Assembly (NCBI GenBank): GCA_043228905.1
Contig: JBHGNT010000012.1
Span: 5,890,001-5,954,000 of the forward strand
From: Azolla caroliniana
Lineage: Eukaryota > Plantae > Polypodiophyta
Length of the DNA stretch: 64,000 bases
Direction of reading: 5' to 3'
Below are positions 1 through 12,500 of this stretch, in pieces. The notes beneath the pieces are model-generated. The model had not been told where the DNA came from, did no database searches, and was given only the letters and a program-made list of their open reading frames with translations. Each line of letters starts with the position of its first letter. Within the stretch, counting starts at the first letter, position 1. Position numbers and translations under genes: made by a program.

Positions 1-2216
1 GAGTTTATTGACATGATAGTCTTGAAATAGCTATATTCATTGGAAGCTCTATTTTATGGCTGTAGTATACTGGTTTATGACCTAATGCTTGGGCATGCCA
101 TTTGAGAACATGTTTTTTCTAAGTAATTCAGATATCATGTTCAAATGTGAAATTGTATTCAAGTTTTGTGAATGCTAACGCTGATGTAATCAAGAAAGAT
201 ATTAAAATACATTTCTTATTCCATTGAGTCATGCTAAATACATTTGAGAAAGAGAGATAGGGGAAGACAAAGAGTAGAAGATTATTCTCACATACATTTG
301 AGATGGATGTAGTTCAATTGGAAGGGTTGTCCAATAGGAGAGTAGAAGGTCAAGTGTTCAAGCCCCAGATCCTAGAAGATTGTGTATAATTGTTTTACTT
401 TGTCATATTTGTAATTCCAGTAGGCTATGTAGCCATACATAATAGATAGATTATTGTACTTTGTTGTATTTGAAATTCCAGTAGGCTATAGCCATGCCTG
501 ATAGATAGATTTTCTTATTATCCATATTGAGACCAAAAGTGAAACACTTTCACACTATCTTTGGGGTCTGCTCGAGAATTTTTCAACTGAATGTTGTGAT
601 TTAAGTGTGGGAGAAATGTGTGGAGGTATATGTGGTGAAAGCAGATATGAGCATGCTTGAAGGTGGTGCTTTATTGTGGAGTGATTGAAGAGAATGTGAG
701 CTAACTTGTATGGAAGCTATAATATCTATGTACTCGAGAAGTTTGCAAATGAATGTTGTAATTGAGAGTATGCATTGTGTTTGTGATGGAAATGTGTGGA
801 GGTATAGGATTGGATCTGCAATGTGACGAAAACAAAAACATGATCAAAGGTGAGGCATTGTAGTACTATAGACGGTTAGCAAAATGTGTATGTACAAATT
901 TCCCCTTGCATGTATCGAATGCTTGATCTCACATAAGAGAAAATGTGAGGTACGTTGTATGATGTGGATGGTGGAAGAGTTTGTGCTTCCATATGTTAGG
1001 TAACAAATGTTTTGTTGTGATGCCTTGTGTAAAGAAATCTGAGAGGGAAAAACAAAAAAAGTGAAATGTAACTTCCATTCTAATCTAAGAAGATAGAAAA
1101 ATAATACATATAGGCTAGGGTAAAAAACCTCATGGTGAGGGTAAAAGACGCGAGCAACCTACATGTCCATACACAACACTACCACAAGATATCAACAAAT
1201 TCCCCCTATGAATGATGTGGTGAACAACCACTTGGCACATACATAGGAAGGCACAAAAGGAAGCATAAAGCTTTAGAAAACATGTAGTTGGTCCTAGTTT
1301 ATCAGACGGAACAAGCATAGGGCACCGATTCACCAACGAAACACGAGAGAAGGTTTTGGTGCAACACTTCGAAGGGAGCCGACCTAGACTTCTATGCGTC
1401 AAAGTGGTAGAAATTGTTTCTTTTTCCCTCTGTGTATGTTGTTGCAAGAACTTTCAGCAAGGTGAGGTAACCTTCACAACATTCTTGTTGTTGTAAGAAC
1501 CTACTTTTCCATTTCTTAGTCACATTTCAACACTTTTTCAAGAGGTATTTTTCCTCTCTCAATCTACAAACAATAAATATATATTTACTTTTTTCTGGTT
1601 TACAAAAGGGAGGAGTGTTTGCCTATTTGATGTGAGATTGTGAAATAGAAGTTGTGTGTTAATCACTTTCCATTGATCCTAGGCTCACATACAAGTGGGT
1701 TGTTGTCTATAGGGGTCATACATAGTTCTTTTTTGTTTTTTCCTACGATGATAGTTGCATATACATAAAAAATTTCCCTCGAAGATAGTTGTGCTTGAGA
1801 CCAGCTAGCAAGTAGCGTCCCAACTATCATTAGGCGCTTAGAGTTGTAATCAAGAAAGTTTTCATTACCATCTAATTATCGAATACAATCATATAATGGA
1901 CGTATTCACATTACCCCATTGGACAAACTAGGTTAGGTTATTCTTGTAAATAGCATAAAGGGCATTTGCCCTAGTTTGGTTAGTATATAACCAACTTTGT
2001 AACTAGTTTGTAATGGCGTTGTTGGTTCTTTTGTTAATACAAAGTTTGTATTTTGTGCCTCTCTGTTTTTCTCCCTCTCTCTTCTTGCTAGTTGTCTCAG
2101 ACCTCTTAAGTTCCATTAATTCTATTCTACTTGTTTCTTCAAGTGCACAATGTGTACCATTATTGTAGACTAGATCATCATATTGTAAAGAACACAAGGT
2201 GATCATTCCCAACATT

Positions 2217-2228
2217 TGGTATCAGAGC
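2217..2228 (+). promoter_or_regulatory. Primer-binding site (tRNA-iMet) of element A
   Basis: TGGTATCAGAGC 2 nt after the LTR terminal CA. Confidence 0.9.
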
Positions 2229-2788
2229 AAGGTTTGTTCGTTGTTGGTCGTCATTTACAACTGCAAAATTGTACTTTGTGATAGAAAGAAGCATTGCTTG
2301 TTCCATTTCGTGCTCACTTTGGTTAGAATGCACTTCGGGTAGACTAGATACGGTCATACCTCCCTTTTGGTCATATTCACTACGAGCATAACTACAAACT
2401 ACTCAACCCTTGTCGAAATGGCTTCGACATCCAGCTCATCGGAAACGAGGCTTCGAAAATTTGACGACACCAACTTCAACTTCCGGAAGGATGCAAGACT
2501 ATCTGATCGTGAGGGGACAGATCAACTTGATCGAAAATGAGAAAGCTCCAGAAGAATACAAGTCGAATGAGTGGATAAAGTTGGATCAAAAGTGCATGTT
2601 ACCATTTAGATGCATTTGTCCGAATCCGTATATTACATCGTTCAATCATGTATGATAGCTTATGAGCTACGGAAAACATTATCAAACACTTACGAGAAAA
2701 GGGTGGCCACAATAAAGATATATTTGATTCGACGCCTTTACAACCTTCGGATGAAAGAATCCGATTCACTTATGACTCACTTGAATGA

Positions 2789-3140
2789 AGGCATAATCTC
2801 CCAAATTTTGGCTCAAGGAATGACGATTGATGATGAGTTGAAAGCTCTATTGTTAATGGGCACTCTTCCACCTTCGTGGGAAACCTTCGTCACGATTGTA
2901 TGACGTGTCGGCTACGACCATAAAATACTCTGAGATTATGAGCTCCATCCTATCCAAAGACGCCTGGAGGCATAATCTCCCAAATTTTGGCTCAAGGAAT
3001 GACGATTGACGACAAGTTGAAAGCTCTATTGTTAATGGGCATTGTTCCACATTCGTGGGAAACCTTCGTCACGATTGTATGACGTGTCGGCTACAGCCGT
3101 AAAATACTCTAAGATTATGAGATCCATCCTATCCAAAGAC
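2789..3140 (+). repeat. Tandem duplication (period 179 bp, 2 diverged copies) inside gag of element A
   Basis: GCATAATCTCCCAAATTTTGG...ATCCAAAGAC begins at 2791 and again at 2970. Confidence 0.9.
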
Positions 3141-3542
3141 ATTCATACATGATTAGGCAAGAGATGCTGAATCATGTAAATTCGGGGAAGTTTGGGTGAT
3201 CGACCAAACAATCGGGGAAGAAGTTCTTCATGGATGCCAACCAACACGAAGAGTCGAAGCAAGTTCAGGGATACACAGATGTGTAATTGTTGTAAGAAAC
3301 CTGGACACATCAAAGTTGAATGTCGTGTCCTCAAGGCCAAAAATGAAAAGGTTCAGAATTGTGAGCAAAAGGGCAACCGAACGGAGGAAGTGAATTTCTA
3401 CAGTGCAACTTCCATTGTCAGCTCTATGGCTGAAAATATTTCGGAGGATCCGAACATTCTCGTGGTCGAAAATATGGTCAAATCAGAAGTCCTAGTTGTG
3501 ACTCAAAAAGCTACGAGTTGGCTTCTCAATTTGGGAGCCTCT

Positions 3543-3625
3543 TGTTGGAGTTTGAGACCGTCAGTGCGGAAACAAGAACATCTATGCTTAGAAGATCAAC
3601 AAGTTAGCATGGTAGAGCAAGATCA

Positions 3626-3686
<61 letters not shown>

Positions 3687-6600
3687 GCACACACACACAC
3701 ACACAATGTGTAATTATATTATTTGAAACTCACAGTTACAACAAATGGAGGCAACAACCTTATGAGCTAGGTTACAAAGTCAATTATATGCTAACTAAGT
3801 TAGGGCAACTGCCCTTTGACATATTTATAGAATTGTCTTAAACCTAGTTTGTCCAAGGGATAGTGTGAATATGACCATTAGAATCCCGTATTCCACACTC
3901 CCCCGTAATGGGCATATACACTATGGAGAAAACTGTAATAAGAAACAAGATGTACAAGTTATACAAAGAGAAGTTTGAATATATCAACTTATAGTCAAAT
4001 CAATGACGACCGAGAGGAAACAAAGGCTGAATCGACTGGTTCGAGTGCAGAAGCTGGTTTGGTTGTCAAGGCTGAGTGCTCAAAGTTATCTTTGTTGTTC
4101 GACTTGATCGGACTGAATACTCCTTAAGCCCATTTGGTGCTGAAGTGACTGAAATTGATCAGTTGCGAGACACTTGGTCATCCCGTCTAATATGTTGTTA
4201 GTCGTAGAGATCTTCTTAAGGTCGAGCTTCCCTAAAGTTACACAGTTCCAAACCAAATGATACCAAATGTTGATATGCTGGGAGGCGTTATGATGAATTG
4301 GATTCTTTGATAGAACAACAACACCTTGACTTTCGTTGTAGACAATTGGAGCCGAATTGGGGTCGTCTTGTCGAAACGTACACGCTAGTCGATCGAGCCA
4401 TAGAGCCTCTTTCGCCGCATCGAACGCGGCTACGTATTCCACCTCGATCGTTGAGGTGGCCGTGCACTCCTGAAGTTTCGACTTCCACAAAATTGCTCCA
4501 TTGCCGAATTTGAAGTAGTTTCCGGTTTTTAACTTTTGACTATCCACACAGCCGACAAAGTCCGAGTAAGTGTAACCGATTACACCTAGGTTCTTGTTCG
4601 AATGGAAAAGGATGCCAATATATTGTGTGCCCACCAGGTATTTGAATACATGCTTGATTGCATTCCAATGCGATTGGCCTGGGTTGTGCATGAATCAACT
4701 GACGACTCCTACGGCATGAGTAATGTCATGTTGTGTCACCACTGGTGAAAAAATCTCGTCAAAGTCGATACCATATTGTTGTCGGAAACCCTTCGCGACT
4801 AATTTGGCCTTATACTTGGGACACGCAGAATCCGACGTGTCTTTGAGTCGATAAACCCATTTGCACGGAAGACCACGTCGGTTGTTCAGTAGTTCGACTA
4901 AGTCCCATGTTTTATTGTGCCGGATGGAGTTAATCTTCGACTCCATTGTTAAGTGCTAGGCGACCGAATTGGTGCACGCCGATGCTTCTTCGTATGACGT
5001 GGGCTCCTTGACATTCGTAAAGAAGATTCTAGGAGAGTATCTCTCTGATGGCTGAGATAATCGTTCAGACCTTCTAGGGGCGAGTGGGCCGCCGGATCAT
5101 CGCTAATGATCATCTCTTGGGTAGTCGATCCACTCTGTGGTTTGCTACGTAGGCTACTCTCTAAGTCAGCTAGTCTTGTGGAGGCGGCGTGCCGTGTTGC
5201 CGCTCTAGTGTGGAGTGTTGGGGCATCAAGAGGAGTCAAGGCATCTGAAAAAGTGACTCTTCTAACTTCAATCGACCTTTCCGCTGGTTTGTGCATCTTC
5301 GACTCGTTAATAACAACGTCTAAACTTCAGACGATTTTTCTATTTTTTCTGGATCCAGAGTCGGTAGCTGAATTTGCCTTCTAATCCATAGCCAAGGAAA
5401 ATACATTTCCGGGACCGTGGCTCAAGTTTTCGGTGATCATCCTTAGGCACAAGTGTGAATGCTTCACAGCGAAAAATCCCTAGCTTCTCGTAATTCGGCC
5501 TCTAGCCGATCCAAAGCCCTTGTGGGATTTGAAGTCCTTGAGGCCTACTCAGCGACATGTTAATTATGTGCACTGCAGTAAGGAGTGCCTCAGCCATGAA
5601 ATCATTTGATAGTCTAACGTGTTGCATCATGGTGACAATTCGCTCCTGAATTATCTGATTCATTCTTTCTGCAACGTCGTTCTGTTCTGGACTATATGGG
5701 GTCGTGAGCTCTCGTATGATGCCACCCTATCGACAAAATTTGAGGAATTTGTCCAATTGGAATTCTCCACCATTATCCGATCTTAAGCATTTCAGCTTTC
5801 GCTGATTGGTTTTCAACCATTGCAAACCACTCTTGAAAGATCGTGAACACTCGATCTTTGGTTATGATCGGATACGCCCACAGTTTTCTTGTCGAGTCGT
5901 CAATGAAGGTGACAAAGTAGGAGGAGCCGTCGAGAGACTGATGTGGCATTGGGCCACATACGTCCGACTGGACCAAATCAAGAGGACTTGACTCTCTCGG
6001 TTCTCTTGTCGGGTGTGAGGTAGCAGTCTGTTTGCCGTATTGGCAGTGCTCACAAAACTGGTGGTTTGAGAATGAGAGCTTGGGGATGTATCCGACTCTA
6101 GATAAGTGTGTTGTGTCGGCCTTGCTGAGGTGTCCGAGTCATCAGTGCCATAAAGATGACATTGGAATGTCTACTAGAAACAAGTCATCCTCTTTGAGTG
6201 TGACATATAGGGGGGTATGGGGAATGTACTTTTGGACCTCCAGCAAGCAGGAGGTTCCCCTTGTGGAGTGTCCACCCTCCTGAAGAGAAGCCAACACGGA
6301 TGTTGTCTTCGTTAAGTTGTCCGACCGAAATAAGTGATCTTGAGAGCTCAGGTATGTGTTGGACATCGTGTAGTACTAGTGTAGAGCCACCTAGGAGGTT
6401 GAGCTCTACAATGCCGATTCCAATTATAGCACAGTGCTGCGAGTTTCCGACTCAAACCTAGCCGGAATGCCGAACTGAAAATTGCCGAAATTGGGATCTA
6501 TGAGGGGTCACAAGATAGGACGCACCCGAATCCAAGAGCCATGTGCTTGATTCTTCAGTCGTAAGCAGAACTTATTATTGTGGGGGATGTGTTGTCTGAG

Positions 6601-7010
6601 TGTTGTTAGAGGGCCTTTGTGTGCCTTTAAGGACCTAGACTCGTGACGTCTTTTCAAGGGGGAAAGGGGGGGGGGGGTCTGTGAGGTAGTTCTATGGGGA
6701 ATTCGGCCTCCTAGGTGTTGAGTCTGGTCGATGCCTATGGCCTTAACCTGGGCGGGGTATGGGTCGATGTGTGCAGTTGTCGGGTGTCTCGTTCAGTCAC
6801 AAAATAGTTGTGGGTGGGGAGTTGGCTTCGTTTTGGGACCCAGAAGCGAGTGGCACCTTTATGCCAACCTTGGGTGTTTGTGAGTTGTTTTCTGACTTGC
6901 CAAACAACACGTTCTCCGCAGGGTGGTCCTTTAGTGAAAGTCGCATGGACATTCACCTACTTGCGTGGTGTGGATGTCCTTGTTCTGATGTTAGTGTTAC
7001 TCTGACCTTT
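3543..7010 (-). mobile_element. Decayed, 5'-truncated Ty1/Copia element B (related to A), inserted in the protease motif of A; 3' LTR 3543-3897
   Basis: Minus strand: PPT GGGGGAG then LTR TGTGGAA...CCAACA containing (GA)n/(CA)n. RNase H ORF 4086-4691, RT with core deleted (FSPVV joined directly to [12 protein letters not shown]), integrase ~5340-6100, protease WLLDSGAS ~6517-6540. Right boundary approximate and no right TSD found. Confidence 0.8.
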
Positions 7011-9599
7011 TATTTTTATGGCTCAAAAGACTCGGCCATCTAAGCAAAGCCGGCATCATGCACCTATCCAAATCCGGCAACATTCCCAAACTATCCTTTT
7101 TGAACCATCAGTTTTGTGAGCAGTGTCAATACGGAAAGCAGGCGGCTACATCACACCTGACCAATGTGCGAGAGAGTCGAGCCCGCTCGATTGATTCATT
7201 CAAACATTTGTGGCCCCATACCACATCACTCTCTTGGTGGCATGTTGTATTTCATCACGTTCATTGATGACGCAACTCGGAAGATGTGGGCTTATTCGTC
7301 TCTAACAAAAGATCACGTTTTCACGATCTTCAAGGAATGGCTCTCAATGGTCGAAAATTAGACAGGCTAAAAGCTGAAGAGCCTTCGATCGAATAATGGG
7401 GGAGAGTATAAATTGGACGAATTCATCAAACTTTGACGACAACACGACATCAGACATGAATTTACGACTCCCCACAGTCTAGAGCAGAATGGCATTGACG
7501 AACACATGAATCATACAATTTAGGAACGAATTGTTGCTATGTTGCATCATTCTGGACTCTCGGATGGCTTTTGGGCCTAGGAATTACTCATAGTTGTGCA
7601 CATTATCAATATGTCGGCAAATAGGCCGAGTGGACTCAAAATTCCGCTCTGAATTGGAAAGAAACCAGACTATGGAAAGGTGTGGATATTCAGATGTGAG
7701 GCATATGCACTTGTGCCAAGAGAAAAACGCTGAAAACTCAAGCCATGGTCACAGAAATGTATTTCCCTAGGATATGTACTTCACGGGAATTTCGGCTATC
7801 GACTTTGGGTTTCCGAGACTCGTCAAGTTGTTCAAAGCTCAGACATGGTCTTCAACGAGTCTGAAATGCACATTGTCAAGTCAATCGAACAACCGATTGA
7901 ATTAAGGAGAGTAACTTTTTTGGTCTTGCCAACTCCTTTAGACAACCCAACACTACACGCAACAATGGCAACACGGCAAGCTACCTCCATGGAACATAGT
8001 ACGGCTACATCCAGTACTTCGGAACCAACTATCTCTAAGAGAAGCCCACGAAGTGATCCACAAGGTGGATTGGCTATTGAAGAAACAATCCTCAACCATG
8101 ATCCGACTAGTTCAGTCTTACCGCGTAGATCTGAAAGACTATATAGCAGCCACAAGAGAGATATTCTCTCGGCCTCTTCTTTATAGACGCCGGTGAACCG
8201 ACCACATATGAAGAAGCTTTGACATGTGCCTACACTACACACTTGCGACTTGCAATGGAATCCGAAATGAATTCCATCCAAAAAAATTAGAATTGGGACT
8301 TAGTGGAACTGCCAAAGAATCGATGTGCACTCCCATGCATATGGGTCTTCCAACTTAAAGAGACATTTGATTTGGCAAATCCTAAGTATACTTAGGCCAA
8401 ATTAGTTGCAAAGGGTTTCCAATAATAGTATAGGGTGGATTTCAACGAAATCTTTTCACCCGTGGTGAAAATGACTACCCTTTGGTTCTTACTTGGTAGT
8501 TGTTGCCGAGGACTTACAACTTCTTCAAATAGATGTTAAAACAACCTTCCTCCATGGTGATCTACACGAGGAAATCTAATATATGGAGCAACCAAAAGGA
8601 TTCACTAGCAAATAAATTCGGTTCCCTTTACCCACTATTTGCTCATCAAAAGGAACATCTTTTGGTTGTCACATACTAGCCTATGACATGCATTTGGCAT
8701 GGCCGTTAAAGCCCACATGTCACAAAATGGTGTGGAAATTCTTGTTGAGAATAACACGGAATATTGCTCGGCCACAACCGAGTCACGAATCACTTGTCGA
8801 TGAGAATCAAAACACAGTAATGGGAAGTAGGGAGTGAGCGCATGTACACACACATACAATAGAGAGTACATGGGATGTTTACGTTGTCGCGTTGTTACAC
8901 GCGTACGTGTAGAAAGGGGCGGGACCATGGGGGTCTTGGACCGAGGAGCGAGAGAGAGAGAGAGCGAGAGAGATAGAGAGACGGAGAGAGAGATTCACCG
9001 ACATGTAGGAGCGAGAGAGAGAGATATAGAACGTAACACTTAATTATAATGACAGAGATTACAAACACCGACAGTTACAACCGACAATGCGGCGACGGAC
9101 CCGACACGGGGACCCTACTCACGCACACCGACGATAGACACACGACTCAAAGAAACAAAAAGGGAAAGGGAGCGACTCTGCTAGAAGCACACGGGCTGTC
9201 CACGAAGCAGAGGCAGCGACCTCCCGACACCCGCAGAGAGCGACGATTCACGTCCAAGAGAGAGAGCTCCCTCTTCCGTTCTGCAGCAACGCTTCCCTTC
9301 CTCCTCACACGCGATGCCTGTTTTCCCTTGTCCTCCTCCCTTTATTCCCTGTCCCTCTGACCGGGATACACATAATCCCCCCCTAATAAATGCATGCGGC
9401 TTAGTATTTACGTCCACCGGTTTGTGTGCAAAATATCAAGTCACGCGTCCATCCGTGTAAGGGCCGGTTTACACGCTTTCTCTCCGATTCCGCCTATGGC
9501 CGGTTTTCTTCACGACATCCACCCCCACCAAACCGCGCATCCACCGGTATGCGCCAGAGACGGGTAGATATCGAAGAAACCCGGCCTCACTCGTTGCTC

Positions 9600-12500
9600 T
9601 CCGATTCTCCACCGGACCCGAACTGATCGTCGTTGTCGCTCCCGCTCGCAGGCTCCGGCTCGTCTTCGAACCGCTTTGATCCACTTTCCGGCTACCGGCA
9701 CCACTAACCGTGTCCCGTCAAGTTCCGCGAGGTGGTATGTGCCGTTGCTGTTCACGCTCGTCACCATGTAGGGCCCGAACCATCTCCTAGCAAACTTTCG
9801 CACCGCTTTTTGCTGATTGTCGAGGCTGCTATCGTATACCAAGACCCCGTCGCCTTCCTCGATCTTCTTTGGTCGCAACCGGTGCGTCCGGTTGAACCGG
9901 GTCTTGTTCCGCTCCCTTGCCGTTCGCAGCCTTTCCTTCGCCTGTATCACGTCCTTCGGCCTCCGCTCGAGTTGCCGAATCCGCACCACCAGCAACTCCT
10001 CCCAGCTCATTTCGTCCTTCCAATCTACCGCCGCCCACGAAGAAACCGTCCATTCCACCGGCATGATCGGCTTTTGTCCGTACATTAGCTCCGCCGGCAT
10101 AAACCCTGTCACCGAACTGTGCGTAGTCCGGTCCACCCATAGCGCGTAAGGAAGGAGTCGCGACCAATTCCCGACCTGCCCACCGCATTCACGCACCAAC
10201 GCCTTTACAATCGGTCCATGCTCACGTTCCACCTTTCCGTTCGCCTCCGGATTGTACGCCGTGGTGAGGGAGAGTTTGACGCCTAGCCGGTCGAACAACT
10301 CCTCGTCCTCCCGCGCATCCAGCTCTCCCCGTCCGCGACGATCCTCCCGACGCACCTGTACCGACACACTACTTCTTCGATCAGGAACCGGCATACCGCC
10401 GCGGTTGTCTTGCTTTGCAGTGCACGGCCTTCCACCTGGTTCATTAAGTCTTCCCGTGCAAGCACCAGGTATCGCATCTGTCCTACCCCCATCGACATCG
10501 TCACCAAGTCCACCATCCACTTGAAATGGACCGTAGGTGGGTAGGTCGGTCGTAGCTCGTCCCGATGTCGGACTACGGAGTGCATCTGATAATTGTCGCA
10601 AGTTGTTACGAACCGATGCACGTCCTAGTATAGCCCCGGCCACCAGTACTTCTCCTTCAGCTTCTCGAACGTGGCCCACGTTCCGCGGTGTCCGGGCCAT
10701 GGGCTCTCGTGGAATGCCGCCAGTAGTTTCCCCTGTTCTTCTTTCTTTGCCACTACTCGGAGTGGGATGCCGCTTCTCTTCTTTGGGTGTTTCCATATGC
10801 ACCCGTCCCGCAGGAAGAATCGGTACGCCTTCCTCCGTATCCGGCTCGTCTCCTCTCTCGCCCATGCTACGTCCGGCGTCATCATCCGTAGGAACCTCCC
10901 GATTTGGAGCCACTCCCCGTCGTACCTGCTTTCGTCAAATTCGTTAAGCGCCAGAGTGTTCCCTTTCCTCGTCGTTACGTTAGCCGACCCGAAGAAGTCC
11001 TCGCCGACTTCTTCGTCTTCCGAAACCATGTCGTCTTCGTCATTGAACCTTGCCCTCGAAAGCATGTCGTCCATGGCATTGTCCTTTCCGGAGATGTGCC
11101 GTATCTCCAGGTTCGGGGACTTAATGTACGCTATCCACCGGAGCATTGCTAGGTCCGGCGTCGCGCATCCGCAAACCATGCTGAGTATCGGCAGACAGTC
11201 CGTCTCGATAATCACCTCCGTCCTGATCAAATAATCCTTGTCGGCCTTGACTGCCGAAACGACACCCCAAAGTTCGCGCTTAACTTGGGCGTACCCTCGC
11301 TACCGCTCGCTCAATACCTTCGCCCCGAACCGGATCGGGAATCGTACGCCGCCCTTGTCCTCTTGACTGATTACCCACCCGATCCCGGTCGGGCTGGTGT
11401 CCACCGTTACGCAGATGGGAACATCCTTGCCGTAAACCGCTTTACGGAGAGTCGGCGCTGCCGTAAGCACCTCCTTTAGTCTTCGAACCGACTCCGTGTG
11501 CTCCGTCCTCCACTCAAAGCTACGCCCCTTTTTCAATAGTCTGTAGAGGGGTTCCGCGACATGTGCGTAGTGCGGGATCCAGATGTGGTAGAACGCGCAT
11601 GCCCCCAAGAACCTGCGGACCTCTGTGACTAACACGCAAACATTCCTCATCGCGGAGATGGCCTCTACCTTTGCTGGAGACGGTTTCCTACCGTAAGGCC
11701 CGCATAGGTGTTCGACCACCAAGATCTTCGACTGTTCGAAGGCTGACTTTTCCCCGGAGAAGGTGAGCCTCGATCGCTCTAGTCTCTGCAGCACCTTCTC
11801 GCAGTCATCGACGTGGTACGCCACGAAATTCCGACATCCGTCCGGCCCGATTTCCTCGTCCCTTTTCTCCACCGGGCATCCCTTGATCGGGATGTCTTCT
11901 AAGAACTTTGTTCATCGCGTTCACCATGTGAGCCACTGAGTTCGTCCCTCCTTGTGGCAGGGTACACATCCGCACTAGGCCGAGAGGAGTCCGCATCGTC
12001 GTAATGTCTCTGCTCTCCACGGCTAGTTGGAACTGATCGTACCCCGAGTACAGATCACCGACAGAATAGATCGACCTTCCAGCGAAGGCCTCCGTGAACT
12101 CGTCTATGGTCGGTCTGATCCCTGCATTACGGATGGTCACCTTGTTGACCGGTTGTAGGTCCTGGATGAAGCGCAACGTGCCGTTCTTCTTCGGCACCGT
12201 AAACCACCGATTCGAGTACATGGCACTCAACAGTTCGAGGATGCCCATCTCCACCTTTTGCTTTAGGAGCTCCATAAACTTCGGGATGTGAGCTCTTGGC
12301 ACCGGAATCGGCTTGAGATTCCACGGCACATGCGGTACCGTGAAGATCACCATCGGTTCGACAACTGTCGGGTCTACGCACCCGATCTCCTCCGGTGAGA
12401 ATGCGAAAGCCTTCCTGTGCCTCCCGAGCATTCTCCGAAACTGGTCGTCCTCCGCCGGTAGTAGGAAGCCACCCCCACCGACCTTGAGCACCCGTAGCGT

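Larger units (their letters stand above)
1877..8605 (+). mobile_element. Decayed Ty1/Copia element A: 5' LTR ~1877-2214, PBS, gag-PR to 3542, interrupted by element B, INT and start of RT ~7015-8605; 3' end lost
   Basis: LTR ends CCAACA at 2214 followed by TGGTATCAGAGC. Gag ATG 2418 (MASTSSSSETRLRKFDDTNF), CCHC knuckle CNCCKKPGHIKVEC, protease-like WLLNLGAS, GAG-pre-integrase RLGHLSKAG..FCEQCQYGKQ, RT start up to EI*YMEQPKGF. LTR start is placed only by similarity to the LTR of B. Confidence 0.8.

Noticed and set aside
385-810. Short duplications (~60 bp at 406/467; ~160-175 bp at 570/732) suggesting an old LTR
   Set aside because: No termini, PBS or TSD could be defined
1100-1876. Possible very degraded gag/protease region of host H
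   Set aside because: Only vague motif resemblance and no readable frame
6660-7010. Poly-G run and minus-strand peptide ending FWVPKRS, reminiscent of a gag C-terminus
   Set aside because: Too short to assign to B or to another element
9510-10913. 467-aa ORF and many other long overlapping or antisense ORFs in G1-G3 and D
   Set aside because: Shadow frames of GC-rich pol sequence. The 467-aa ORF is off-frame sequence fused by a frameshift to the true integrase C-terminus.
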